A stretch of DNA of 26,640 bases from Steroidobacteraceae bacterium (GTDB lineage: Bacteria > Pseudomonadota > Gammaproteobacteria > Steroidobacterales > Steroidobacteraceae). The notes under the pieces were generated by a model. That model was not told the origin of the DNA, searched no databases, and worked only from the letters and a program-made list of their open reading frames with translations. A program made the translations under genes and the position numbers. Shown piece by piece: positions 7,487-16,400 of this stretch. Where the stretch lies: assembly GCA_035577165.1 (NCBI GenBank), contig DATLVV010000109.1, forward strand, positions 1 to 26,640, written 5' to 3'. Each line of letters opens with the position of its first letter. Within the stretch, counting starts at the first letter, position 1.

Positions 7487-9553
7487 ATGCAAATCGAAGT
7501 TTCGGACCAGGCGCGAAACGTCGCCTCGCTGCTCAACAATGTCGGGCTCGCTGCCGCGGGGGATGGTGGTGACGGGCTCGAAGCCGGGGTCGCCATGATA
7601 CGGCGCTCCATTGCCCTCAATCCCCTCGATCTCAATCTGCGCATGAACCTCGCGTCGTTGCTGATGCAGCGCGACGCGGACGATGAGGTCGAGGAAATCT
7701 GCCTGTTCACCCTCAAGCACAACGAGAACGCCGCAGGCGCGTGGTCGGTGCTCGGGGTGATCCACACCCATCGCGGTCAGATCGACGATGCCACGGCCTG
7801 CTTCAAGAAGGCGTGGGACATCGAGCCGACCGGTCAGCACACGTTCGACCTCGCCGCCGCCTACCTGCGTGCGGGGGATTTCGAGCGGGGCCTGCCGCTC
7901 TACGAGCATCGCCACCTGATCCTACCCAAAACGGGACCGACGCCGAATGCGCCGGTCTGGAAGGGCGAGAAGGTTGATCATCTCGCGGTCTACTCCGACC
8001 AGGGATATGGCGACGTGATGCTGTTCTCCCGGTTCCTGCCGTGGGCCAAGGAACAGTGCGGGAAGGTCACGCTCTACACCGACCCGGCCACGGTGCCGCT
8101 GCTCTATAACTTCCGCTCGATCATCGACGTGGAGTCGGTCTACTCGACGGAAACCAAGTTCGGCGCACAGATTGCGCTCGCAAGCATTCCGCTGGTCTAC
8201 GGACTGCGGATGCACAATATCCCTCCAGATTCCGGGCTGCTGAGCCCGTCCGCCACGGATGGGCGCCTCGTCAGCCCCGGTCTCAAGATCGGCATCGCCT
8301 GGCAGGGCAACCGTCGCTTTCCCGCCGACGTGGTGCGCTCGATCCCGTTCAAGGAATTCCTCCCCCTCGCGGCTGATCCCCGCAACACCATCTATAGCCT
8401 GCAGTGCGGCCACGATGCCGGAATCATCGCCAAGCTCCGGACTGGCCGCATCATCCGCGACATGACGCCCGACATCGAAGGCGAATGGTCGCACACCGCG
8501 GCGGTCATCAAGAATCTCGACCTCGTGGTGTGCTCGTGCACCGGCATCGCGCATCTCGCGGGTGCCTTGGGCGTGCCGTGCTTCGTCATGGTACCGCGGT
8601 TCGGTTATTGGCTCTGGTTCCATGGCCGCGACGACACGCCATGGTATCCGCACACGCAATTGTTCCGGCAGACCAAGGTCGGGCAATGGTCCGACGTGAT
8701 GACGCGGGTCCTCGCGGCAATCGAGATGATGCACAAGCGGCGCTCCTTGGTCGCGATGCTCAATCGCGGTTATGGGGCGTCATCTCCGGTCGTCCAGCAG
8801 TACGAGCCGGAAGTCGCAGCGGTGCTGCGCAAGGTGCTGCGCAAGGGGGATTGTTTCATCGACGTGGGCGCGGCGGCCGGCATTCATACGGTGGCGGCAT
8901 CCGATCTCGTGGGGGATGAAGGCCGCGTGATCGCATGCGAGCCCGGCGAGCAGAACTTGCCGAAACTGCGGCAGAACATCGGGGATAGGAAAAACGTGGA
9001 GATCGTCGAGGCGCCGCTCTCGAATGCCGCGGACGACGTGACGCTCTACATCAACTCGGACAACGAGAACAATTCGCTGTGGGACCCTGGGGAATTTCCG
9101 GGGCCGGCGAATATCAAGTCGCGGGAGAATCCACGGCCGGTGACGATGCGGGCGACGACGCTTGATGCGATCGCAGGCAATCGAGTTGTTCCAACCCGCC
9201 TCATCAAGATCGATACCGAGGGTGCGGAACAGACTATCCTTGAGGGTGCGGCCGACCTTCTGTCGCGCTCAGACAGGCCGCCCTACATCGTCGCCGAGCT
9301 TCACGAGTTTGGCCTCAACAAACTCGGGCACAGCCAAAAGTCCCTTCGGACATTCATGTCCGGGCACGGTTATAGCACCTATATCCTCAAGCCCGACGGC
9401 TCTCGCCCGGTGCTCGTCGATGAAAAGCAGGGCATCACGTTCGACCGCGACGGCTGCGTTCTCAACATGCTGTTCTCGACGCGCGAGGCGATCGATGAGG
9501 CGTGGGGTGTTGAGGCCGATGAGGTCGATCAATGGGCGGGGGTGGCGGCATGA
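7487..9553 (+). CDS. TPR + GT9-like (GT-B) glycosyltransferase + FkbM-family methyltransferase fusion, 688 aa
   Basis: AGGGGA SD, ATG 7487 (in frame with track ORF 7367). TPR helices at about 7570-7915; DQGYGD...F.RF, KIGIAWQG, AHLAGALG.P, TPWYP...LFRQ...W at about 7950-8735; FkbM motifs IDVGA..G, .EP, IKIDTEGAE..IL.GA at about 8790-9480. Confidence 0.88.
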   Translation: MQIEVSDQARNVASLLNNVGLAAAGDGGDGLEAGVAMIRRSIALNPLDLNLRMNLASLLMQRDADDEVEEICLFTLKHNENAAGAWSVLGVIHTHRGQIDDATACFKKAWDIEPTGQHTFDLAAAYLRAGDFERGLPLYEHRHLILPKTGPTPNAPVWKGEKVDHLAVYSDQGYGDVMLFSRFLPWAKEQCGKVTLYTDPATVPLLYNFRSIIDVESVYSTETKFGAQIALASIPLVYGLRMHNIPPDSGLLSPSATDGRLVSPGLKIGIAWQGNRRFPADVVRSIPFKEFLPLAADPRNTIYSLQCGHDAGIIAKLRTGRIIRDMTPDIEGEWSHTAAVIKNLDLVVCSCTGIAHLAGALGVPCFVMVPRFGYWLWFHGRDDTPWYPHTQLFRQTKVGQWSDVMTRVLAAIEMMHKRRSLVAMLNRGYGASSPVVQQYEPEVAAVLRKVLRKGDCFIDVGAAAGIHTVAASDLVGDEGRVIACEPGEQNLPKLRQNIGDRKNVEIVEAPLSNAADDVTLYINSDNENNSLWDPGEFPGPANIKSRENPRPVTMRATTLDAIAGNRVVPTRLIKIDTEGAEQTILEGAADLLSRSDRPPYIVAELHEFGLNKLGHSQKSLRTFMSGHGYSTYILKPDGSRPVLVDEKQGITFDRDGCVLNMLFSTREAIDEAWGVEADEVDQWAGVAA

Positions 9554-10596
9554 AGATCGCCCTCGGCTGGCAAGTCTCTTCGTATTTCGGATGGGGGGTC
9601 TACGGCCTCAACATCGCCCTCGAATGGGCGAACGACCCCACAATCGAAGCCTCGGGGTGCATCGGCAAACTCGATGACATCGTGGTCGACAACCTTCGGC
9701 GCCGCGTTCTGGTGCCGTTCATGCGTCGTAGTTTGCAACCGGTCGCCCGCGCCGCAATCGCCATCGACGCGCTCGGCAACGAATGCGGGGGCAGTCGCGA
9801 CACCAAGGCCCTTCATGCGGCGATCTTCTTCGAGTTGCCGCTGTCGTCCACGGCGATCGAGCGCGCGAAGCGGTATGAGACCATCATCGCCGGTTCGACG
9901 TGGAACGCCAATGTGCTGCGTAGTCACGGGCTCACCAACGTCGAGACCATCTTCCAGGGCGTCGACCGCTCGCTGTTCCACTGGGCACCCAAGCGTGACC
10001 TCTACCCCGGCAAGTTTTTGATCTTCTCCGGCGGCAAAGCGGAGCCTCGCAAGGGGCAGGACCTCGTCGTCAAGGCGTTCCGCATCTTCGCCGAGAAGCA
10101 CAAGGACGCCATGCTGGTGACGGCATGGCATTCGCCCTGGCCGCAACTCGCCAAGGGTATGGACCTCGACCTCTCGAAATTCGCCGACCGCGTCATCGAC
10201 GTGGGCGCTGTGCCGAACGGCCAGATGGCGCCGATCTATCGCGAGTGCGACGTGGCGCTATTCCCGAACCGAGCCGAAGGCGGGACGAACCTCGTCGCGA
10301 TGGAATGCATCGCCTGCGGTGTGCCGACCATCGTGTCGAGCAACACCGGCCACCTCGACCTGCTCGATGTGCCGGGCGTGATGGGTTTGCAGATCGGCCG
10401 GCCCCCGCTCGGAGAATGGTCGGAATGGGGCGAATGCGACGTGGACGAGATTGTCCACGAACTGGAGACGGCATACCGCAATCACGGCGGCGTCCGAGTG
10501 ACGGACCCGATGGGGCCGCGTTTCCATTGGTCGACGGCTGCACGGCAGATCGCTGACCTCGTCAGGAATCATCAACCACAGAAGGAAGTCGCGTAA
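9550..10596 (+). CDS. GT4-family (Glycos_transf_1) glycosyltransferase, 348 aa
   Basis: ATGA overlap with upstream stop; GK.E.RKGQDL...AF and DV..FPNRAEGGTNLVAMECIACG.P motifs of retaining GT-B enzymes. Confidence 0.88.
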   Translation: MKIALGWQVSSYFGWGVYGLNIALEWANDPTIEASGCIGKLDDIVVDNLRRRVLVPFMRRSLQPVARAAIAIDALGNECGGSRDTKALHAAIFFELPLSSTAIERAKRYETIIAGSTWNANVLRSHGLTNVETIFQGVDRSLFHWAPKRDLYPGKFLIFSGGKAEPRKGQDLVVKAFRIFAEKHKDAMLVTAWHSPWPQLAKGMDLDLSKFADRVIDVGAVPNGQMAPIYRECDVALFPNRAEGGTNLVAMECIACGVPTIVSSNTGHLDLLDVPGVMGLQIGRPPLGEWSEWGECDVDEIVHELETAYRNHGGVRVTDPMGPRFHWSTAARQIADLVRNHQPQKEVA

Positions 10597-10904
10597 TGGC
10601 GTCAAAAGACGATGCGGGATTTCTCATCCGTTCTCTGGGGCGGACCCATGCCATTGCCGATCAATGGCCTCCAAAGATCACTGAAATCGAAGGTCAAATT
10701 CTCTTCATGGATTGGGCTTCTCTACGCAAGCAGGTCGAGTTCGTCCGTGAGAACGTAAATCTTGCGCAAGCGATGATCGAAAGAATTGATCGCAAAGATC
10801 AGCAAGATGTGAGCGAATTGACCACGATTCTTGAGGATACGGAGAGGGCTCGCCGCATTGCGCAACTATTCAATAGGTTGGCCGATGCTGAGGTGGTGTC
10901 GTGA
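10596..10904 (+). CDS. Hypothetical helical protein (102 aa), lower GC
   Basis: TAATG overlap, AAGGAAG SD; coiled-coil-like C-half; about 50% GC by hand count over 10621-10920. Confidence 0.6.
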   Translation: MASKDDAGFLIRSLGRTHAIADQWPPKITEIEGQILFMDWASLRKQVEFVRENVNLAQAMIERIDRKDQQDVSELTTILEDTERARRIAQLFNRLADAEVVS

Positions 10905-11173
10905 CATTCAAGTCAGCGGCCGACGCCGCCCGTGAAATTCTCAACCGCCCGTTACCGGGGGAATACAGGGCAACACATACCACGACCAAGCCCAGCGGTG
11001 GCGGGCCACGCATAACATGGCGCGAGGCGGTCGCTATTACCGACGGTGAAATCGACAAGGTGGAGCCGTTTACGGTGAGTTTGCCCACATTCGGGGACGT
11101 GGCGTCTCCGTCTCTGCGAGCGGCTATCCGCCGGGATGTTGAAAGATCCAATGCATGGCAATTGAAAGTCTAA
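10901..11173 (+). CDS. Hypothetical protein (90 aa)
   Basis: GTGA overlap with previous stop, GAGGTG upstream. Confidence 0.55.
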   Translation: MTFKSAADAAREILNRPLPGEYRATHTTTKPSGGGPRITWREAVAITDGEIDKVEPFTVSLPTFGDVASPSLRAAIRRDVERSNAWQLKV

Positions 11174-11394
11174 AAACACGGGACATGCGCAGGGACAGGA
11201 TTGAGATGGTTGCGTGCGCAATCGCGCGGCAGCTCACGGGACTCGACCCAGATATGTGCGTTCTTCCGAACGCACACCCGATGATCGCCTGTCTTGAAAG
11301 AGGGAACCGTCCCCTTCCATGTGAAGTGCCGCTATGGACCTACTTCGCGAGCGCCGCATTCGCGGCTCTCGAAGAAATGTATGAAACTGTTTAA
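11155..11394 (+). CDS. Hypothetical Cys-containing protein (79 aa; start may be ATG 11185)
   Basis: Fills the gap between 11173 and the SD of 11409; four Cys; weak SD. Confidence 0.45.
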   Translation: MAIESLKTRDMRRDRIEMVACAIARQLTGLDPDMCVLPNAHPMIACLERGNRPLPCEVPLWTYFASAAFAALEEMYETV

Positions 11395-11408
11395 CCAAGG
11401 AACTCAGT

Positions 11409-11879
11409 ATGGCGGAAGCAGCCAAGAAACTCCCCGTTGACGCCGAGGTTGTGCGGATCGTGCCGCCGCTGGCGCAGAACCGCTGGAACCTCAAGGAGCA
11501 CGCGAACCCCGGCCATTGGGTGTGCGTGCCGGCCGACACCGAGGTCGCGGACTTGCTGGAGCCTGGGTTCTGGGCGAACCACGCGCAGCGCATGCGGCCT
11601 AACTCGACCCTCGAAGTGCATTGGGATGACAGCAGTCGTTTCATTCTGCTTTATGTCGTTTCGGCCGGCCGCAACTGGGCCGATGTCGATTTGATGTTTG
11701 AGCACAAGATCAAGAGCCATGCACGGCCGTCTCAGACGCATCGGTACGAGGCCAAATATAACGGCCCGGTCGATCTCTGGCGCATCACGAACCTGTCGAA
11801 CGGCTCCGTGCTCAAGGCGGGCTTCGCGACCGAGGAAGACGCCCGCAAATTCCTCGCCGAGCATCTGAAGAAGTTCTGA
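11409..11879 (+). CDS. Probable virion structural protein (156 aa)
   Basis: AAGGA SD; phage-like codon usage; DLLEPGFWANHA and C-terminal GF.T.E.A..FL.EH motifs; starts the coupled chain leading into tail genes. Confidence 0.75.
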   Translation: MAEAAKKLPVDAEVVRIVPPLAQNRWNLKEHANPGHWVCVPADTEVADLLEPGFWANHAQRMRPNSTLEVHWDDSSRFILLYVVSAGRNWADVDLMFEHKIKSHARPSQTHRYEAKYNGPVDLWRITNLSNGSVLKAGFATEEDARKFLAEHLKKF

Positions 11880-12151
11880 TGGCGCGCTGCGTCCCCTGCG
11901 AAGGCACCGGGCGCATCCCGCAGGCACTCGATCCGCCGCCGTGGGATGGGGCTTATCGGCTCGTGAAGTGCGAGGCGTGCGACGGCGTTGGTGCGGTGGC
12001 TGACGCGGCCACGACTCCGATGAATCAATGGGCGCAGAACCAGCTTACTGTGGCTCCGTATTGTGAGCGGGCAATCGCGGCTTCCCCCAAGCGTGTGCCG
12101 CAAGAGTCCCATGATGCCGATGGGCGTCTCATTATCGATTGGCGGCCCTGA
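11879..12151 (+). CDS. Small protein with DnaJ-type zinc finger (two CxxCxGxG motifs)
   Basis: CVPCEGTG and CEACDGVG; TGATG overlaps at both ends. Confidence 0.65.
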   Translation: MARCVPCEGTGRIPQALDPPPWDGAYRLVKCEACDGVGAVADAATTPMNQWAQNQLTVAPYCERAIAASPKRVPQESHDADGRLIIDWRP

Positions 12152-12432
12152 TGAGTGCAGTTGAAAACGGCGACCATCGCCGCGTTTCCGACAGTGTGGT
12201 GCACAAGCTCGCATCCCTGCTGATGGAAGCCAAGCGCGGCAACGTCGATGCGGTGTGCGTCATCACCGTGGGCGCTGACGGCAAGCCGCGAGCGCACTTT
12301 GCCGGGGAGGGCGACCTCATCCCCTCGGTCAATCTCGGGCTCGATATCTTCAAGGCGACCATCATGGCCCAGGTCGTGGGGGCGCCGGGGGCCGTGGAAT
12401 TGCGGTCGGGGATCGTACTGCCGGGCGGATGA
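12151..12432 (+). CDS. Hypothetical protein (93 aa)
   Basis: ATG 12151 overlaps previous TGA; in frame with track ORF 12139..12432. Confidence 0.65.
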   Translation: MSAVENGDHRRVSDSVVHKLASLLMEAKRGNVDAVCVITVGADGKPRAHFAGEGDLIPSVNLGLDIFKATIMAQVVGAPGAVELRSGIVLPGG

Positions 12433-12608
12433 GTAGAAGTCTTCGACGCGCCACGGATGCCTACTGGGCGGCATGTACGGCCGATCAGGAGTGGCTTGCG
12501 TGCTGTGCCATCAAGCTATTTGGCGGGCGCGATGGCTATCGCGATGAAACGCTACGAACACGTATAGCGCGCTTGCTACGCAAGTTCGCCTGTTGGGTGG
12601 AGGGCTGA
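12429..12608 (+). CDS. Small hypothetical protein (59 aa), below ORF-track cutoff
   Basis: ATGA overlap; MSRSLRRATDAYWAACTADQEWLACCAIKLFGGRDGYRDETLRTRIARLLRKFACWVEG; exactly fills the gap to 12610. Confidence 0.5.
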   Translation: MSRSLRRATDAYWAACTADQEWLACCAIKLFGGRDGYRDETLRTRIARLLRKFACWVEG

Positions 12609-12609
12609 C

Positions 12610-12822
12610 ATGGCCGGCAAGGTATCGAAGGCGGATGTCGATTATGGTCCCGGCCAGCCGCATTGCGGCATGTGCGACCACTTCATCGACAATGACGAAG
12701 GTGAGGGCGATGACGAGGCCGGCACCTGCGAGATCGTGATGGGCAAGATTCGCGAGGATGCGTGGTGCAAACTCTATAAGTCGCGCCGCCAGCCGACCCT
12801 TGCTGAAGGGCCATACGAATGA
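12610..12822 (+). CDS. HiPIP-like (high-potential iron-sulfur protein fold) small protein without signal peptide
   Basis: GGAGGG SD; K..V.Y...C19xxC22..F...C40..V.G.I....W52C53..Y56 matches the small-HiPIP pattern; ATGA overlap into the tail A gene. Confidence 0.7.
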   Translation: MAGKVSKADVDYGPGQPHCGMCDHFIDNDEGEGDDEAGTCEIVMGKIREDAWCKLYKSRRQPTLAEGPYE

Positions 12823-13466
12823 CCGACAAACTTACGCTGTACCGCGGCGCGCTCTCCTATCTCCAGGAGCGCACCATCGCGTCGCTCTCGGAAGCGCGCG
12901 AACCGGTGCGCGTCCTGAACGATATCTACGACCAGGAAGTCGCCTATTGCCTGGAGCGCGAGTTCTGGAATTTCACCTACCGTGCAATTCAACTGGACGC
13001 GGACAGCAACTTCACGCCGTCGTTCGGCTACAACTTCGCGTTCCTCATCCCGACCGATTGGATTCGCACGCGGCGCATATCGGCGACACCGGAGATGCTG
13101 GAGCCGATCACCCGCATTTCCGAGGAGGCGGGATATTGGTTCTGTGATCTCACCCCGCTTTATATCCAGTACAACTCGAATGATCCCCAATACGGGATGA
13201 ATCTCGGCAAGTGGCCGCCGACGTTCGCCGACTATGTCGAGGTCAGGCTGGCCCGGCGCGCGGCGGGGCGCATCACCAGCAAGGCCGAACTGCTGACCGG
13301 CCCCGATAGCCTCATCAAGCAGGAATACAACGCAAGGCGCGTTGCCGCCGCGAACTGCGCCATGAACGAGGCGGTGGCGTTTGCCCCGATGTGCTCGTGG
13401 GCGAAGTCGCGCCGCTACCCCGGCCCGAACGCCGACAACCCGACCGGCCCGACGCTCATCCCGTAA
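12819..13466 (+). CDS. Tail tubular protein A / head-tail adaptor (T7 gp11-like)
   Basis: 215 aa; N-terminal AL..L.ER.I.SL.E...R.L..IY, WNF, Y.F.IP.DWIR, WP.TF..YV..RLA motifs; directly precedes the nozzle. Confidence 0.85.
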   Translation: MTDKLTLYRGALSYLQERTIASLSEAREPVRVLNDIYDQEVAYCLEREFWNFTYRAIQLDADSNFTPSFGYNFAFLIPTDWIRTRRISATPEMLEPITRISEEAGYWFCDLTPLYIQYNSNDPQYGMNLGKWPPTFADYVEVRLARRAAGRITSKAELLTGPDSLIKQEYNARRVAAANCAMNEAVAFAPMCSWAKSRRYPGPNADNPTGPTLIP

Positions 13467-16400
13467 ATGGCCCGCGTCAACGCACCACTTCTCGCGTTCA
13501 ATCGGGGCGAGGTCTCAAAGACCGCGCTTGCGAGGCTCGACCTCGCCAAGTTGCAACTCGCCGCCGAGAGCCAGGTCAACTGGCTGCCCACGGTGATGGG
13601 CGGCATGATGCTGCGGCCCGGCCTCAACAACGTGGGCGAGGTTGCCGGCGATAGTGCGTGTCAACTGATCGATTTCGTTTACGCCAAGGATGACACCGCG
13701 CTGCTCGAATTGACCGCAGGCTCGATGCGGGTGTGGATCAACGATGTGCTACTGTCGCGCGTCGCGGTGTCGACGGCGGTGCTCGATCCCAACATGTCCG
13801 GCTCTGGCGGCCACTGGGACACGAGCGACACCACGGCCGGATGCACGGCGACCGTGACCGGCGGTGTTGCGACACTTACCGCGTCCGCGCGTGGCGGCAT
13901 CGCCCGTATCAAACAGACGCTATCGATTGCGGGCGGCGACCAGAACAAGGAGCACGGGCTGCGGGTGGTGGTGACCAACGGCCCCGTCACCATCCGTGTG
14001 GGGTCGTCCGACGGCCTGCAGGACTATATGACCTCGGCGGAGATCGACACCGGGACTCATTCCCTGGTGTTCACCCCGTCCGGGGCGAATGCTTATCTGC
14101 AGATCGAGTCGACCGACACCTGGAACAAATATCTGACCTCGGTTTCGATCGAGGCGGCGGGCGTCGTGAGCGTGCCGACCCCGTGGAATGCCCCGGTTCT
14201 GTCGACGCTGCGCTGGCACCAGTCGAACGACATCGTTTATGTCGCGCAATATGGCGGCCAGCAGTACAAGATCGAGCGCCGCGGCACCCGGCCCGGCGCG
14301 CGGGGCTGGTCGGTCGTCATCTACAAGTCGAACACCGGCCCCTTCCTCAATCTGCCGACGGTGGCAAACCTGATACTCACGCCCTCGGTCTACGAGGGCA
14401 ACGGCACACTCACGGCCTCGCGGCCGTTCTTCCAGTCCGGCCATGCCGGCGCGCTGTTCCGCTTGTTCACGGCGGGCCAGGCGAACAAGACGGTGCTCGG
14501 TGCGCTCGGCGCTTTTACCGACCCGGTGAGGATTTCCGGTGTCGGCAGTGTTCGCAAGCTGTTTTGGACCGTGGCAGGGACGTATTCCGGAACGCTCACC
14601 CTGCAGCAATCCTTCGTGGGTCCGACCTCGGGCTTTGCCCCAATCCAGACTACGACAGGCACCGGATCCACGGCCTATGACGACACGGGTGGTCCGCTCA
14701 ACAATAACGTGGTTTGCTGGCTGCGGGTCGGCTTCGTCAACTCCGGCGATTATGTGAGTGGATCGGCGACGGTGAGTTTCACCGACGGAACCGGTTCCGT
14801 CGTCGGATCGACAACGGCGGGGGCGTGCGCTGCCGGGGGTCAATACGGCATCTGTCGGGTCACGGGTTATACATCGCCCACATCCGTCACCATCGAGGTG
14901 CTGTCCTACGGCGCCCTCAACGGGGGCGGGGCATTTTCCACGCTTGCCGGGACCACAAACTGGCAGGAAAGCGCGTGGTCTGGGGTGCAGGGCTGGCCCT
15001 CCGCCGTGGCTTTCATCGAGGGCCGGCTCGGTTGGTTCTCGGCGCAGAACTTTCCGATCGCCCTCTCACAGTCGAACAATTATACCGGGTTTGCCTCGGA
15101 TGATATGTACGGGGCTTCGCTCGGCGATTCCGCGGTGATCCTTGCCAGCTTCGGGGACGGCCCGGCCGATCGCGTCAACTGGGCCGTCGCGCTGCAGCGC
15201 CTTCTTCTCGGCCGTGAGCAGTCCGTCGCTTCGGTGCGCTCGTCGTCGTTCGATACCCCGTTGACCCCGACCGACTTCGCCGTCAAGGATTGCTCGGCGC
15301 AGGGCGCCTCCAGGCTGCGCGCCATCAAGGTCGGCAAGCGTGCGATCTTCATCGAGACGGCCGGCGCCAAGGTCTACGAACTCGCCTTTGCGCCACAAGA
15401 GGCAGACTATGGCGATGCCGATCTGACCCGGCTCAACCTCGACATCGGCGCGACCGGCTTTACCGATATCGCCTACGCCAAGCAACCCGACGGCATGGTC
15501 TATCTCGCCCGCGGCGACGGATTGTGCGCGGCGCTGCTCTACGATCCGAACGACGAGGTGGTGGGGTGGTGGCGGTTGATGACGCTCGGCGTCATCGAGA
15601 ACGTGCGGACCCTGCCGAACTGGCAGAGCGGGAACGACACCTTCGTCTATTTTGTGGTCAACCGGACCATCAACGGGACGGCGCGGCGCTTCATCGAAAA
15701 ACTGGCGCAACGCGGCAACTGCATAGGCGGACTGCTCAATCAGCAACTCGACGCGGCCTATGTCTATTCCGGGTCACCCGTGTCCTCGATCACGATTTCC
15801 TGGTTGCCGAGCACGACTGTTTCGGTATGGGCGGACGGTGCGTTCATCGGAACGGGAACGACGAACGGCTCGGGTGTGCTTTCTGCCCTTCCCGACGGGC
15901 TGTCGCATTCGAAGATCGTTGCCGGCCTTGCCGGGGCGACCTTCTCCTATTCCGGTGCAGCGACGGGCACCATCACCGGGCTCTCGGCGTATAACGGAAT
16001 TCCTGGGGAATTCTTTGCGGACCAGCAGCCGTCGGGGCGGATGATCCATATCGGACCCCTGACGCCATCAGGCGGCTCGGTGACGCTTCCGAATGGCATC
16101 ACTAGCGCCAATGTGGTGGCGTTCTTCGGATACCAGGCGCCGTACATGTCGGCGAAGCTCGCCTATGGGGCTCAGTTGGGCTCGGCGCTGGCGCAGAAAA
16201 AGAAAATCCAGCACGTCGGCCTTGCGATGTTCGACACCCACGCCACGGGATTGCAGACAGGTCAGCGGTTCGATCACCTCGACGCCCTGCCGCAATACGA
16301 AGACAACGCTGCAGTGTCGGCCTCCGGCATCTGGTCGGAATACGACCAGCCGATGATCGAGGTCGCAGGGGAGTGGGACACCGATGCGCGGCTGTGCCTG

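Noticed and set aside
7487-10596. Glycosyltransferases as DNA hypermodification enzymes
   Set aside because: Not excluded but disfavoured: no base-modifying partner genes nearby, a late structural context, and a TPR domain that points to protein substrates.
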